Source of the DNA: a virus | Lineage: Duplodnaviria > Caudoviricetes | Virus record (IMG/VR): IMGVR_UViG_3300048589_000569 | Coordinates: 1-59,071 of that record | Strand: one strand, 5' to 3' | Length of the DNA: 59,071 nt | Part shown: positions 1 through 10,082 of the stretch, piece by piece | How the letters are laid out: each line of letters opens with the position of its first letter | How positions within the stretch are numbered: position 1 is the stretch's first letter | The notes under the pieces: model-generated | Databases searched by the model: none | What the model was told of the DNA's origin: nothing | The model's input: the letters and a program-made list of their open reading frames with translations, nothing else | Program-made: the position numbers and the translations under genes

Positions 1-3
1 CCA

Positions 4-129
4 AATATCAACATGTTGAATCACTTCAGGGCTGACCAATCCTAGAAATCCAAACAAAATCCTCGCTACCCCCGTCGGCCCCCTCGTCCGCGGGTGAAAG
101 GGGGGGTCAAAGGCCTTTTTCCCCTACTA
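4..129. repeat. left copy of 126-bp terminal direct repeat
   Basis: Identical to 58946-59071. The first 3 nt (CCA) do not match the bases preceding the right copy (GGT). Confidence 0.95.
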
Positions 130-373
130 AAACCTAACAACCCCTTGTTCCCCCCTCATTTCCCCACCTCCTCCCCCCTCTTTTCCCCACGTAACCCCCT
201 TACGGCCCCTCCTGACCCCAAAAACCGCCCTCACCCCCTCCCTTTCCCTCCAATCGGCCCCTCTCTATGACCACTTACTTCCTTTTAGTACTTCTAACAA
301 CAACATATATATATATATACACACAATAGGAGCGTGCGTAAGACTTCATACCCTCCCGTGCCTACAATACCCC

Positions 374-910
374 ATGACCAAGCCCGACCCCTACATCCAG
401 CCGCCCCTCTCCTTCTCCCACCCCACCCTCATCCGGATGCCCAACATCGACGCCGCCTACATCATCCCCTACCACCTCCTCTCCCTCTACTTCCTCCGCG
501 TCCACGGCTCCTACGACGCCGCAGCCGCCGCCCTCTGCATCACCCGTCCCGCCCTCATCTCCCGCGTCCAAACCATCTTCGGCAAGATCTCCATCTCCCA
601 CACCCTCCACGAGGGTGCCTACGACGACGAACTCCGCCCCCTCATGTACCTCCCCTTCGCCCTCGCCCACCAAATCCCCGTCCTCTCCGACGGCAACGTC
701 GTCTGGACCCCCTACAACTGGATCCCCGGCTGCCCCATCCCCCCCCACTTCTACTCCCTCGACCCCTCCTACATCTTCTCCGACGACGACCCCCGCATCC
801 AATCCATCGCCAACTTCATCGCCCCCGAGTTCGCCATCAACGCCGGAGCCATCCCACCCCACCCCGACCTCCGCCTCCGCTCCGAACCCCACACTCCCCC
901 CAATGCCTAA
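374..910 (+). CDS. hypothetical protein (178 aa)
   Basis: ATG ORF with protein-like composition and C-ending codons like the neighbouring genes. Overlapping frames give Pro/Arg or Ser/Thr low-complexity shadows. Confidence 0.7.
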   Translation: MTKPDPYIQPPLSFSHPTLIRMPNIDAAYIIPYHLLSLYFLRVHGSYDAAAAALCITRPALISRVQTIFGKISISHTLHEGAYDDELRPLMYLPFALAHQIPVLSDGNVVWTPYNWIPGCPIPPHFYSLDPSYIFSDDDPRIQSIANFIAPEFAINAGAIPPHPDLRLRSEPHTPPNA

Positions 911-930
911 CCCCACCCCAAACCCATTAG

Positions 931-947
931 ACCTCGCGGTCGCTTAA
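931..947 (+). repeat. dispersed motif ACCTCGCGGTCGCTTAA, intergenic copy (representative of ~19-21 copies)
   Basis: Core CCTCGCGGTCGC on + at copies starting 931, 5464, 8899, 14787, 23149, 23674, 27708, 30815, 32749, 42924, 53030; on - at 3819, 18135, 21301, 30297, 39789, 42455, 49012, 57305. Near-matches at 13968 and 17041. Confidence 0.95.
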
Positions 948-992
948 ACTCCCCTCTCCTTCTCCGGCCTTCGCTCTCGCATAGGAAACCTC

Positions 993-2360
993 ATGGCAAC
1001 AAACTTCCCCGAACTCGCTGAACGCTTCATCGAGGAGCACTACACCCTCGGCGAAACCTCCACCCTCCGTCGCTACGAGGGCAACTGGTGGGTCTGGCGT
1101 CATCACCACTACACCCCCGTCCTCAACGATGTCATTCGCGCCGAACTCTACGACTTCTTCCGCGACAGTCTCGTCCTCTCCAAGTCCGCCATCGACAACC
1201 TCATGGACTCTCTCAAGGCCGCGGTCCAGGTCCGTTCCCCCTCGATGCCTTGCTGGGTCGCCTCCGGTTCCCACTACCCCCGGCCCGAAGATGTTCTCGC
1301 CTTCACCAACGGTTGGCTCTCCATCCCCGAACTCCTCGAACGCAAGCCCCGCCTCAACCCTCCCACCCCCCTGTGGTTCTCCTCCGAACACTGTGCCTTC
1401 AACTACCGCCCCAACGACGAGTGCCCCACGTGGCTCCGCTGTCTCAACGACTGGTTCCCTGACGACCCCGACTCCCAGAACCTCCTCCAGGAATGGTTCG
1501 GCTACTGCCTCACCTCTGACACCGCCCACCACAAGTTCCTCTTCCTCATCGGTCCACCCCGAACAGGCAAGTCCACCATCCTCAACGTCCTCCAAACCCT
1601 CCTCGGCGGAACTGAGCAGGTCGCCTCCACCACCCTCCAATCCCTCGGCGGCGAGTTCGGCCTCCAACCCCTCATCGGCAAGAACCTCGTCCAGATGGGT
1701 GAGTTCCGCATCTCCAACACCAAGGACCACTCCGAAGGCCTCCAACGCATGATCTCGATCATCGGCGAGGACCCCATGTACGTCCGCCGCAAGCGCATTG
1801 ACGACCTTGCCTCCTACAAGTTCACCACCCGCTTCATGGTCGCCGGAAACATGGTCCCCCGTCTCTCCGACTCCTCGGGCGCCCTCCTCGAACGAATGCT
1901 GCTCCTCGACCTCGAGTACGCCCGCCCCATCATCGACTGTCCGGACACCGGCCTCTATCCCAAACTCATCTCGGAGGCCTCCGGCATCCTCAACTGGGCC
2001 ATCGAGGGCCTCATCCGCCTTCGCACCAACGGACGCTTCTCCCAGCCCCAGACTTCCACAGATCGCCGCAACGAGTTCGAACTCGAACTCAACCCCCTCT
2101 CCGAGTTCGTCCGCGAATGTCTCACCGTCTCCCCCAATGTCGGCGACATTCCCGCCGCCGACCTCTACTACGTGTACACCAAGTGGCACGAGAAGTACAG
2201 AGCCGGTCGCTCTCCCTTCACCTCCCTCATCTTCGGTCGTTACCTCACAGGCGCCGCGTCCGGACGCATCCGTCTCCGTCGCGCTACCCGCGTCAATCCC
2301 GAGCCTCACTTCGTCGGCTGTCGCTTAACTCCGAGTTGGGCTGGACTCGTCAAGCCCTGA
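993..2360 (+). CDS. P4/D5-family SF3 helicase (primase-helicase C-terminal type)
   Basis: D5_N-like region (AFTNGWL), Walker A GPPRTGKST, motif C-like AGN, ILNWAIEGL, and a C-terminal winged-helix-like segment (DLYYVYTKW...FGRYL). Confidence 0.85.
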   Translation: MATNFPELAERFIEEHYTLGETSTLRRYEGNWWVWRHHHYTPVLNDVIRAELYDFFRDSLVLSKSAIDNLMDSLKAAVQVRSPSMPCWVASGSHYPRPEDVLAFTNGWLSIPELLERKPRLNPPTPLWFSSEHCAFNYRPNDECPTWLRCLNDWFPDDPDSQNLLQEWFGYCLTSDTAHHKFLFLIGPPRTGKSTILNVLQTLLGGTEQVASTTLQSLGGEFGLQPLIGKNLVQMGEFRISNTKDHSEGLQRMISIIGEDPMYVRRKRIDDLASYKFTTRFMVAGNMVPRLSDSSGALLERMLLLDLEYARPIIDCPDTGLYPKLISEASGILNWAIEGLIRLRTNGRFSQPQTSTDRRNEFELELNPLSEFVRECLTVSPNVGDIPAADLYYVYTKWHEKYRAGRSPFTSLIFGRYLTGAASGRIRLRRATRVNPEPHFVGCRLTPSWAGLVKP

Positions 2361-2375
2361 CCAGTACAATCAAAC

Positions 2376-2873
2376 ATGGGGCCCCCCGAAGAAAACTTCG
2401 TCGCCAATGACGACCGCAACCTCATCGAGACCTTCGACGCCACGAAGGAACACTCCATCGTTCACGTTCCCTCCGAACAGAACTCCCTCACCCTCTCGAA
2501 GGAGTTCTTCTCGTGGGAAGCCATCGAACGGGCCCTCCGCGAACTGGGCTTCTCCGCCTTCGAAGAGGTCGAGATGGTCGTCAGGGGGATGCAGGACACC
2601 TACCGCAAAGGCGACTATCACAACTGCCTCCGCTTCATGAACCAACTCAACTCCCTGTTCTCCCGACGTATGCAGGCCAACGCTCAGAAGGTAGTCACCC
2701 GTGCAACACGAGTATCCGACGACGGAAACGATTCAGTTGTTATGGAAAGGCATTCCACTGACGCATTCATGGAGCGATTCCTTGATGCCCCGTCTCCAAA
2801 GCCTTCAACTGAAGCATACCGGAGTCATCTGCGGGCACCAGTGGAAAGAGATCTTCCGAGCCCGAGCGAATGA
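2376..2873 (+). CDS. hypothetical protein, possible terminase small subunit
   Basis: 165-aa helical ORF upstream of TerL; function inferred from position only. Confidence 0.45.
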   Translation: MGPPEENFVANDDRNLIETFDATKEHSIVHVPSEQNSLTLSKEFFSWEAIERALRELGFSAFEEVEMVVRGMQDTYRKGDYHNCLRFMNQLNSLFSRRMQANAQKVVTRATRVSDDGNDSVVMERHSTDAFMERFLDAPSPKPSTEAYRSHLRAPVERDLPSPSE

Positions 2874-3417
2874 CTTCCTCTCCACCCCTCCCCACAAACG
2901 CCCCCTTCTTCCCGTCATCAAAGAACCGTCACGTCTGAAAGGAGTCCCTATCCCCATGCGTTCGAAGATCAAGAATCCCTGCAACCTCGACCCCCTCTTC
3001 CTCCAAGAGTTCGACGAACACTTCCGTTCCAAGTACGATCCCGTCTACAAGTCCGATTACCTCGTCGAGATCCTCCGCTCTATGGGATTCGACTCTCGCA
3101 CCATCTGGTCTCGCATCCTCAACGGCGACCGAGTCCAGTCCACCCTCACCATCCGCTCCGACATCATCCTCAACAACGACGACGACTACCAGGACTGGGT
3201 TTACGCCCTCCTCTCGTGGATGTTCGCCGAGAACGGTTTCATCCCCTCTCCCGAAGTCGCCGCCCTCCGCGTCTTCTCCACCGCCTGCGTCCGTTGGCTC
3301 AACTTCAAACTCGCCCTCGACGAACCCCTCCCCACCGCCCCCCTTTCCCCCGTTCCCTACAAGCCCGAAGCACCCCCCACCAAGAGAGGTCGTCCGCGTA
3401 AGAACCCCATTCAATGA
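2701..3417 (+). CDS. hypothetical protein with C-terminal AT-hook-like motif (true start uncertain, probably 2870-2956)
   Basis: Ends ...TKRGRPRKNPIQ; its stop overlaps the TerL ATG (ATGA). Confidence 0.6.
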   Translation: MQHEYPTTETIQLLWKGIPLTHSWSDSLMPRLQSLQLKHTGVICGHQWKEIFRARANDFLSTPPHKRPLLPVIKEPSRLKGVPIPMRSKIKNPCNLDPLFLQEFDEHFRSKYDPVYKSDYLVEILRSMGFDSRTIWSRILNGDRVQSTLTIRSDIILNNDDDYQDWVYALLSWMFAENGFIPSPEVAALRVFSTACVRWLNFKLALDEPLPTAPLSPVPYKPEAPPTKRGRPRKNPIQ

Positions 3418-5357
3418 AAGTCGTTCGGATCGAGAAAGAAGGCAACCCCAACTTTCCGCTGCCCGCGAACTACGCTGACATTCTCAAGCGTAACTCGCAG
3501 GCCGCGGCCTTCTTTCGTTTCAATGCCCTCTGTCAGTGGAACCTCGAAGACCTCTCCCCCGAGAAGAAGGCCGAGTACTTCAACGACTGCCTCCGCTTCC
3601 TCGACACCTTCTACCTCCAGAATCCCCAAGGCCGCTTCTATCCCCCCGGCGAATTCCGTCGCTCCCCCGAGTTCCACAACGACATCCTCCAATCCCTCAT
3701 CCTCTACAAGTACACCGCCGTAGCCGCCCCTCGTGGTCACGCCAAGTCGTACTTGATGCTCAAGATCTGCCTCCTCATCCTCCTCACCTGCGTCGACTTC
3801 GAAATCACCTACATGACGGCGACCGCGAGGTTGGTGAAGCGATTCTTCACCAAACTCATCCGCACCCTCGCCCACAACGAACTCCTCAAGTCCGACTACG
3901 AACGCTTCTACTCCAAACCCATCAAGCCCACCCGAGGCGACGGCGCTTGGTCTTCTCAGGGCCTCCTGCAACTCTCCAACGGCGCCGTGATCACCGGCTC
4001 CTCCCCCGGCTCAACCAACCGAGGCGATCGTCCCAACCTCATGATCGTCGACGACATCGAAGACGACTACGAGGACACCACCGATTCGCAGAAGGCCCGC
4101 GACGACGTGTTGGAGACCATCTTCCGCGTCATCATCCCCATGGTCTCCATGGGCGATCGCAAACTCCTCTGGATCGGCACCCTCATCTCCCGTCGTCACG
4201 TCCTCACGGGCGTCATGTCCGACGACAACAACGACTCCGAATTCCGCGACCGCCGCTTCGACCATTGGTCCCGCCTCTCCTTCAAGGCCCGCTACGAACT
4301 CCCCTCCGGTGGATTCGAGATTCTGTGGCCTGACCTCTACACCGAAAAGCGCCTGAAAGAGATCGAGCAGGAAGTCGGTTCCGACATCTTCCGTGCCGAA
4401 TACCTCAACGAGCCCGGTCACGAAGGCGACAAGTCCTTCTTCCTCGACGAGAAGAAGCACGCCTATCAACTGGATGACCTGGACGCTTTCACCGCCGCCA
4501 ACCCCCTCCTCTCCGAATCCAACATCACCTACTTCGACCGCAAGTTCGAGAAGCGAACCCTCCCCCTCAAGGACTTCCTCAACAACAGCCTACGCTTCAT
4601 CACTGTGGACTGGGCCCTCTCCGTCGGCCCCTCCTCCGACTTCTCGGTCGCCACCGTGATGTGCCTCACCCCCCACAACGAACTCTTCGTCCTCGACCTC
4701 TTCGTCGGTCGCGTCACCCTTTCCGACCTCACCACCCAGATCATGCGTCTGGTCGACAAGTGGCGCATCTCCATCGTCGGCGTCGAAGCCCCCTCGGTCC
4801 ACGGCGAACTGATGCATCTCGTCCGCACCGCTATGGACAACTACGCGGAGGCCAACGGCAGGAAGCCCAAACTCATCAAGATCCCCCAGCACAAGGGCAT
4901 GGCCAAGGAACGCTACATCGAAGGTCTGATGTGGCGGTTCGGCGACCGCAACGACGAGAAGAGTCCAGGCTACATCAAACTCCCCTTCTTCAACCGCTCC
5001 AAGTCCCCATGGCGCCAACTGTTCCAGCAGATCCAGGACTTCTCCCCCCTCGTCAAGGGCGGAGGTCTGGAGCACGACGACATCCTCGAAACCATCTCGA
5101 TGTCCCACCGTGTCATCCCCGGCAAGCCCATCCTTCGCCCCTCCGACATCACCGGCGAGGAGACCGAGTGGGACCGTATGCTGGCGGGCGAGTTCACCGA
5201 CCCCACCACCGGAGACTCCTACCTCTCGGGCGCCGACTTGCTGCGAATTAACCCCGAAGCACTCCAGAAGTTGCTTGATATCGCAAGAGAGAAGCACTAC
5301 GATCATAAGGAGACCAACTATGGCAAAGACCCCCTCAACCCGCGTTCGCGGTTCTAA
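3414..5357 (+). CDS. terL: terminase large subunit
   Basis: Walker A APRGHAKS, RGDRPNLMIVDDIED (Walker B), WIGT coupling motif, RNase H-like ITVDWA...SDFS, VGVE and HDDILE. Confidence 0.92.
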   Translation: MKVVRIEKEGNPNFPLPANYADILKRNSQAAAFFRFNALCQWNLEDLSPEKKAEYFNDCLRFLDTFYLQNPQGRFYPPGEFRRSPEFHNDILQSLILYKYTAVAAPRGHAKSYLMLKICLLILLTCVDFEITYMTATARLVKRFFTKLIRTLAHNELLKSDYERFYSKPIKPTRGDGAWSSQGLLQLSNGAVITGSSPGSTNRGDRPNLMIVDDIEDDYEDTTDSQKARDDVLETIFRVIIPMVSMGDRKLLWIGTLISRRHVLTGVMSDDNNDSEFRDRRFDHWSRLSFKARYELPSGGFEILWPDLYTEKRLKEIEQEVGSDIFRAEYLNEPGHEGDKSFFLDEKKHAYQLDDLDAFTAANPLLSESNITYFDRKFEKRTLPLKDFLNNSLRFITVDWALSVGPSSDFSVATVMCLTPHNELFVLDLFVGRVTLSDLTTQIMRLVDKWRISIVGVEAPSVHGELMHLVRTAMDNYAEANGRKPKLIKIPQHKGMAKERYIEGLMWRFGDRNDEKSPGYIKLPFFNRSKSPWRQLFQQIQDFSPLVKGGGLEHDDILETISMSHRVIPGKPILRPSDITGEETEWDRMLAGEFTDPTTGDSYLSGADLLRINPEALQKLLDIAREKHYDHKETNYGKDPLNPRSRF

Positions 5358-5670
5358 CATCACCCTCTCGTTCGATCAACTGCTCGAACTCATCCGCACC
5401 ATCCAATCCCCAACCCCCAAACCCACCCCCCGCCCCATCCACCCCCTAACAGCGGAACCCCTAACCTCGCGGTCGCTTAATTCTCATGAGGGTGTGGAAA
5501 TGGATCTGGATCGGAGGTTGGGTCCTTCGAATGAACCGCCTCCCGCCGTGAGGCACCTCGGGAGACGAGCGGCGACGGACGAGGAGAGGGAGAGGATGAA
5601 GGAACTGAAGAAGGTGATGTCCGGCGAAGTCAACGACCTCATGGAGGACAGTGCTGCTGGTGGGGAGTGA
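5320..5670 (+). CDS. hypothetical protein (116 aa)
   Basis: In-frame ATG at 5320 within ORF 5110-5670; fills the gap between TerL and portal. Confidence 0.6.
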   Translation: MAKTPSTRVRGSNITLSFDQLLELIRTIQSPTPKPTPRPIHPLTAEPLTSRSLNSHEGVEMDLDRRLGPSNEPPPAVRHLGRRAATDEERERMKELKKVMSGEVNDLMEDSAAGGE

Positions 5671-5673
5671 TAG

Positions 5674-7692
5674 ATGGCTAATCAAGGGTTGAACTATAGC
5701 GTTCTGCCGACAAAAGCAGAGGAGTTGGTTACAGCCCTCGATTGGCACATCGACCGGGAACTCGACTTCTATTCGTGGGATCGAGTGCTCCACTGGCTCA
5801 TTCACCTCTACATCATCGGCAAGCGGGACTTCAAGGTCCTGGACTGGAAGACCGGACGCATCAAGATTTCCACCGTTGATGCGGATGGCAACTTCAACTT
5901 CCGGCACCAGAAACTCACCGCCTACCTGAACGACCTCAAGGGTCAGTTTCAGGGGGTGAATGTGTGGCCCCTCGTTGAGAAGAGAGGTGCCGGTATTGAG
6001 GCGGTCAGACGGAGGGCGTTTGCTCAGGCGGTCGCTGATTCCGTGACTGACAAGGCCAACCTCGACCGAGTCTTCGATCACGTCCTCACCAACCTCATGC
6101 AGATGGGGTGCGCTGCCATCTCTTCGGATGTGATGGATAGCGGGGCGGGGTTCCTGACGGCTGAGCATGAGTCTGTCCACCCCCACGAACTTCTCCCCTA
6201 TCCCCACATCGGGCATGATAGGGCTAGGGAGTCGGGTATCGTTCGGAGGCGGTGGGTCTCGCTGTCGTTCCTGAAGGCGAAGTTGGATGCTCGTAAGGTG
6301 GCCGCTAACATCGAGAAGATGGAGTTGGCCGAAGTCAACTTCGGCGATGAGCCCATCGACCGGGATGGGTGGCGTGACTTTGACAACTCCTCGGGTACGG
6401 GCGGGTGGACGTACTCGAACAGCAAGAAGAGGCGGATCGGGAATGAGATTCCGAAGGGTTCGGAGATCAAGGCCCTCCTCGAAGAGGTGTGGCTGTATGG
6501 GCCCGGCAGGAATGTCGCTCGGTACATTGTGAAGTGTGGGGGTTGGATCGCGAAGGACATGTCGTATGGGACGGAGGAGAATCCAGGCCTGTACCCCTGT
6601 CCGATCTCCATGGAGAGGTTCCTCGACGACAATACGTGGTATGGGCAGGGGCCCGGCCACCTCCTCCTGCATGCCAACCGCGAAGCCGAACTCCTCCTTA
6701 GCCGTCTGTTTGAGAACGTGAGGGAGATTGAGCAGTCGTCGGTGTTGGTGATGCCCCGTGACACGGTCGATTATCGGAATGGGCTGCACAACATCGGGAA
6801 GGGGATGAAGTTGCTCCAGGCGGAGATTGATCCGTCGCTGGACACGTTCAAGCCCTTCCTCATTCAGCCCCACAACAGCGGAGACTTCCCCGGCAAGGTG
6901 GCAGAGTTCGCCAACCGGATGATGATTGACATCGTGCCCCTGTCTCCCATGGCGTACGGAGAGGCGCCGGGTAGAGTGGACTCAGCCTCGGGCCTCCAGT
7001 TCATTGATCAGCAGAGCAAGATTCGATTCACCAGCGCCTACAACGCCATCGAGCGGCTGTTCGGCAACGCTCACCGCTATGTCACGATGAAGACATCGGA
7101 GGAGATGGCTGATCAGGGGATGGGAATGAAACTGGTGAAGATGTCCGAGGATATGGTGGGTCTGGTGTTTGATCCTGAAACGGGCGAATTCATGGCCCGC
7201 AACAACGTGACTCCCGATCCTAGAGGGCTCGACTTCAAGATCATCATGGACGAGCCCACCTACAAGTTGTCTCTCAAGAGAGAGGCGATTGAGATGTTCA
7301 ATCTGAATCCCGACCTCATCGGACTCATCCTGTTCTGTTTGAAGAATGGGTTGGATCTGGCGATGTATACGGGCATGGAGGAAGCGGCGTACAGGAAGGC
7401 CGTGTTCAACCTCCTCGTCATGTTTGGTGACGGTGAGACTCCGGGCCGTATCAAGGACAACGTGCAGAACTACATGCCCGACATCCAGATCAGGGTCATG
7501 AACACGTTTATGGCCGGACCTGAGTTCGTATACGCTAGTGCGGCTGTTCAGACCGAGTTCAACAACTACGTGAATGATTTGAAGATGGCCAGCGGAGGCA
7601 AGTTGCCCCCCGGCCTACCCAACCCCGACGACTTGGCGATGGTCATGGGCCAGCCGCCGTCGACCCCCGAAGGAATGAGTTATGGCGGATAA
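5674..7692 (+). CDS. portal protein
   Basis: 672 aa, between TerL and scaffold; portal-like segments (WYGQGPGHLL, GEAPGRVDSASGLQ). Confidence 0.8.
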   Translation: MANQGLNYSVLPTKAEELVTALDWHIDRELDFYSWDRVLHWLIHLYIIGKRDFKVLDWKTGRIKISTVDADGNFNFRHQKLTAYLNDLKGQFQGVNVWPLVEKRGAGIEAVRRRAFAQAVADSVTDKANLDRVFDHVLTNLMQMGCAAISSDVMDSGAGFLTAEHESVHPHELLPYPHIGHDRARESGIVRRRWVSLSFLKAKLDARKVAANIEKMELAEVNFGDEPIDRDGWRDFDNSSGTGGWTYSNSKKRRIGNEIPKGSEIKALLEEVWLYGPGRNVARYIVKCGGWIAKDMSYGTEENPGLYPCPISMERFLDDNTWYGQGPGHLLLHANREAELLLSRLFENVREIEQSSVLVMPRDTVDYRNGLHNIGKGMKLLQAEIDPSLDTFKPFLIQPHNSGDFPGKVAEFANRMMIDIVPLSPMAYGEAPGRVDSASGLQFIDQQSKIRFTSAYNAIERLFGNAHRYVTMKTSEEMADQGMGMKLVKMSEDMVGLVFDPETGEFMARNNVTPDPRGLDFKIIMDEPTYKLSLKREAIEMFNLNPDLIGLILFCLKNGLDLAMYTGMEEAAYRKAVFNLLVMFGDGETPGRIKDNVQNYMPDIQIRVMNTFMAGPEFVYASAAVQTEFNNYVNDLKMASGGKLPPGLPNPDDLAMVMGQPPSTPEGMSYGG

Positions 7693-8569
7693 TGTGAACA
7701 AGGAAGTCATTGATTCTCTGGTTGTCAAAGAGCCCACCGAGCAGGGTGGAGAGCCTACCTTCGAGGTGAAGGTGAATGGGAAGACCGAGACGGTCACGCT
7801 GGACGACCTGAAGAAGAACTATTCGCTGGGGAAGGGGGCTCAGGCTCGTCTCCAGCAGGCCGCTGAGTTTGAGAATGACGCGAAGACCTTCCGTCAGGTC
7901 AGGCAGGCCTTCCAAAAGTTCCAGGCGGACGGCGACGTGGATGCTTACCGCTCCTTCTTGGGTGGGCTGGGCCTCGGGCAGGAGCAGGTCGAGGAGGTTG
8001 TGAAGCAGGCCTACGGCGACGTGAACGATTGGCACGACGAGAAGGAGGCAGAGCCCCTCACGAAGGAGGATCTGTCCAAGTTCGAGAAGGATCAGTCGGA
8101 GAAGCAAAAGCGGCAGCGGGTCGCCGAGATGAACACGGAAATCGACGACGCCGTTACGGACTCGCTTGACGAGTCCGAAATCCTGCCTAGAATTCTCCAA
8201 GATCTCGACGAAGAAGCCGTCGAGTATCACAAGGGCACGCTTAAGGAGCAGATCCAGAAGCGTGTAATTGCCAGTCTCAGAGAAGAGATTCGCGGCGGTA
8301 AGAAGTACTCGCACAGGCTGCTTGACCGTATTACCCACCGCGAGACTGAGAAGGCAGTGAAGGTCCTCGAGAGGACCAGAGGCGCTACCCGAGGGAATGT
8401 CAATCTCGGACGGGCCACCGGCGGGGCAACTGAACCTTATGAGCAGGTGAAGGAGCCCAAGAAGCCGAAGCGTTCCGATTTCCAGAGGGGCGGGGACTAC
8501 GAACTCGCCATGACAAAATACTTCGTCCAGTTGGATAAGTACGAATCTCAGAGCAAAGGAAAGATCTGA
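7682..8569 (+). CDS. capsid scaffolding protein
   Basis: FEVKVNGKTETVTLDDLKKNYS is a typical scaffold motif; acidic, coiled-coil; precedes the MCP. Confidence 0.75.
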   Translation: MADNVNKEVIDSLVVKEPTEQGGEPTFEVKVNGKTETVTLDDLKKNYSLGKGAQARLQQAAEFENDAKTFRQVRQAFQKFQADGDVDAYRSFLGGLGLGQEQVEEVVKQAYGDVNDWHDEKEAEPLTKEDLSKFEKDQSEKQKRQRVAEMNTEIDDAVTDSLDESEILPRILQDLDEEAVEYHKGTLKEQIQKRVIASLREEIRGGKKYSHRLLDRITHRETEKAVKVLERTRGATRGNVNLGRATGGATEPYEQVKEPKKPKRSDFQRGGDYELAMTKYFVQLDKYESQSKGKI

Positions 8570-8591
8570 GGTTCTCCCAAGGGGGTGACAG

Positions 8592-10058
8592 ATGGCAGAC
8601 AGTTTTTACGATACGATTGAAGGTCGTATCGAACTCCTCTTCAACCGACAGGTGATGGAGTTCGAGTGTGAGGCTTCGCCTCTCTTCAACACCATGATCT
8701 CGAGTGAGGGCACGTTCAAGGGCGCTGGGTCCGGTGGATTCAGCCGCAACTGGTACGTCCGCAAACTCCTCGAGATGGGTGACAACGGTTACTTCGAGAT
8801 GGACGGCGCCAGCGGCACCACCATCAACGGCGATAACATCGGCAACAACGAACTCTTCTACTTCCTCGACCAGACCAACACCGAAGCGCCCGACCCCAAC
8901 CTCGCGGTCGCTGGTCTCCTCACTGTGGAGATGCAGATCCCGCTCCGGGCCGGTCGAGGCGTCCTCACTCGTTCGCTTGACGAGAAGCGTCAGCAGATGA
9001 ACGATGGGTATGTTGGTGAGGAGTATGCGAAGAAGATGATGAGAGCGGCCCGAGGCCTCACTCGTCAGCGTGCAGGTATGCTCTTTGCGGACGACGAGTA
9101 TGGTCTGATCGCGACCATCTCCTCCGTCACCAACGGCACCGGCACCCAGCCCACCTCCACCTCGGACTACACCGAGTACGAGGTCACCATCGCCGACTCC
9201 AAGATTGACGCGTTCCACACGGCGATGCCCATCCAGATCACCACGTCTGCGGGCGTGAGCAAGGGCACGTACTACGTGAAGAACGTGGACCGCGGCGACT
9301 TCACCCTTCGAGTTTACAAGAAGGGCGACCTCACCGCGACTTCGGGTGACGACCTGGAAGTGGGCGACAAGATCTACGCGAACAACGGCGCGCCGGTTTC
9401 GACGCAGTCGTACAGCGTGGACGGCATCAATGCCCACATCAAGGACAGCGGCACCATCTACAACGTGGATATCTCGCTGTTCCCGCAACTCCGCTCGTAC
9501 ATCAAGACTGGTCAGACGGGCCCTCTCACTGAGACCCGCCTGAATAAGTGGCTCGATCACTTCAAGTTCCAGCACGAGTGTTGGGGCAACTACATCGACA
9601 CGCTCATCCTCAACTCTGCGACCCGACGGGCGTGGGTTGAGCAGGAGCAGTCGTATTACACGAAGGAGCGAGCCCGCCAGCCGATGACCCTCGCAGGTCA
9701 GGGTGACGACGGCGTCACCACGTACGTCCACGACGGTGACACGTACAAGATCTACGTGGACAACGCCGTCAAGGACGGTCGACTGCACGGCCTGCGTCTG
9801 GGTGGTCAGAACTACACCAGATACACGCCTCCGTCGACGCCGGGCACTGACACGGCGGGTATGCCTGGGCACACGCCTGTTGAGTTCTGGGCGAGATTCG
9901 TCACGGACAACAACAGCATCTTCGTGCCCAAGTGGGGCTCCAACAACCGCCTCACCCGCGTCTCGTACGCGCCGTTTGATTACCGCATGAACGTCGTGCC
10001 GGATCAGATGGCCGCTCTCCGAATTGACGGTCTGTCTGTCAGCCGTGACTCTCTGTAA
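8592..10058 (+). CDS. major capsid protein
   Basis: 488 aa after the scaffold, strongly biased codon usage, followed by a strong terminator. Confidence 0.8.
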   Translation: MADSFYDTIEGRIELLFNRQVMEFECEASPLFNTMISSEGTFKGAGSGGFSRNWYVRKLLEMGDNGYFEMDGASGTTINGDNIGNNELFYFLDQTNTEAPDPNLAVAGLLTVEMQIPLRAGRGVLTRSLDEKRQQMNDGYVGEEYAKKMMRAARGLTRQRAGMLFADDEYGLIATISSVTNGTGTQPTSTSDYTEYEVTIADSKIDAFHTAMPIQITTSAGVSKGTYYVKNVDRGDFTLRVYKKGDLTATSGDDLEVGDKIYANNGAPVSTQSYSVDGINAHIKDSGTIYNVDISLFPQLRSYIKTGQTGPLTETRLNKWLDHFKFQHECWGNYIDTLILNSATRRAWVEQEQSYYTKERARQPMTLAGQGDDGVTTYVHDGDTYKIYVDNAVKDGRLHGLRLGGQNYTRYTPPSTPGTDTAGMPGHTPVEFWARFVTDNNSIFVPKWGSNNRLTRVSYAPFDYRMNVVPDQMAALRIDGLSVSRDSL

Positions 10059-10082
10059 TCCACGGGGGTTCTGAAAGGGGGA

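Noticed and set aside
8-19. Protelomerase (hairpin telomere) site
   Set aside because: The palindrome is only 12 bp and no tyrosine-recombinase-like protelomerase was recognised.
334-5363. Long Pro/Arg-, Ser/Thr- and Gly/Val-rich alternative-frame and antisense ORFs (also 34779-36869, 8400-9872, 19026-20534)
   Set aside because: Shadow ORFs caused by extreme codon-position bias and high GC; the real genes occupy other frames.
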